Origin: Macrostomum lignano
Lineage: Eukaryota
Reading direction: 5' to 3'
Length of the DNA stretch: 64,000 nt
Assembly (NCBI GenBank): GCA_002269645.1
Contig: NIVC01002085.1
Location: 1 to 64,000 of the forward strand
Numbering within the stretch: the first letter of the stretch is position 1; every line of letters starts with the position of its first letter. Below, piece by piece: positions 63,640 through 64,000 of the stretch. The notes under the pieces were generated by a model. The model did not search any database and was not told where the DNA came from. It worked only from the letters and a program-made list of their open reading frames with translations. A program made the translations under genes and the position numbers.

Positions 63640-63850
63640 GAGAATTTCTGTTTCGCGGAGACGATTTTGATGGATGTCAGTTTCACGGAGAGGATTTCCA
63701 TGGAGTCCAGTTTCACGGAGAGGATTTCTATTTCTCGGAGGGGATTTTGATGAATGTCAGTTTCACGGAGAGGTGTTTGATGGAGTTCTCTTTTACGGAG
63801 AAGATTTCGATGATGTTCAGTTTCGCGGAGAGGAGTTGGATGATGGGATT
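63640..63850. repeat. Degenerate 30-bp repeat (GTTTCACGGAGAGGATTT...)
   Basis: tttcacggagagg recurs at about 30-bp spacing. Confidence 0.75.
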
Positions 63851-63930
63851 CAGGGAATGGCATTTCAGGGAATGGAGTACCGGTGATGGGAATTCTTCCC
63901 CTTTCTCCTCCAGAGGAGGAGTTGGCCTCG

Positions 63931-64000
63931 TCCTAATACTAAAACCGACGCGATGTTTGTCTGTCTGTCTGTCTGTCTGTATGTTGCAAGTGAACTCCTA
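63931..64000 (+). mobile_element. Second Helitron-like 5' end, truncated by the window edge
   Basis: TCCTAATACTAAAACCGACGCGATGTTTG(TCTG)n...GTTGCAAGTGAACTCCTA, homologous to 62555. Confidence 0.55.

Overview
Eukaryotic (metazoan) genomic DNA: spliceosomal GT-AG introns, SINE/RTE/hAT/MULE remnants and roughly 40% tandem repeats. The repeat landscape and RTE sequence style resemble the flatworm Macrostomum; this is an inference and was not searched. Genes: (i) three intronless, damaged ORFs in the first 6 kb, namely a GIMAP/AIG1 GTPase, an unknown ORF with an RNxxxH HEPN-like motif, and a secreted PAN + C-type lectin; (ii) a clean five-exon Ig-like glycoprotein with a GPI-anchor signal (31828-37216, first exon missing); (iii) two in-phase exons of an unknown low-complexity protein (51365-60985). 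The rest is nested DNA transposons, several resolved by exact target-site duplications, and more than 20 micro-, mini- and satellite arrays. These arrays explain nearly all long ORFs in the track. The most unusual items are two ultra-short hAT-like elements (58 bp and 24 bp) with 8-bp TSDs, a foldable 142-bp satellite that shares a core with a neighbouring 45-bp minisatellite, and the immune-like pseudogene trio.
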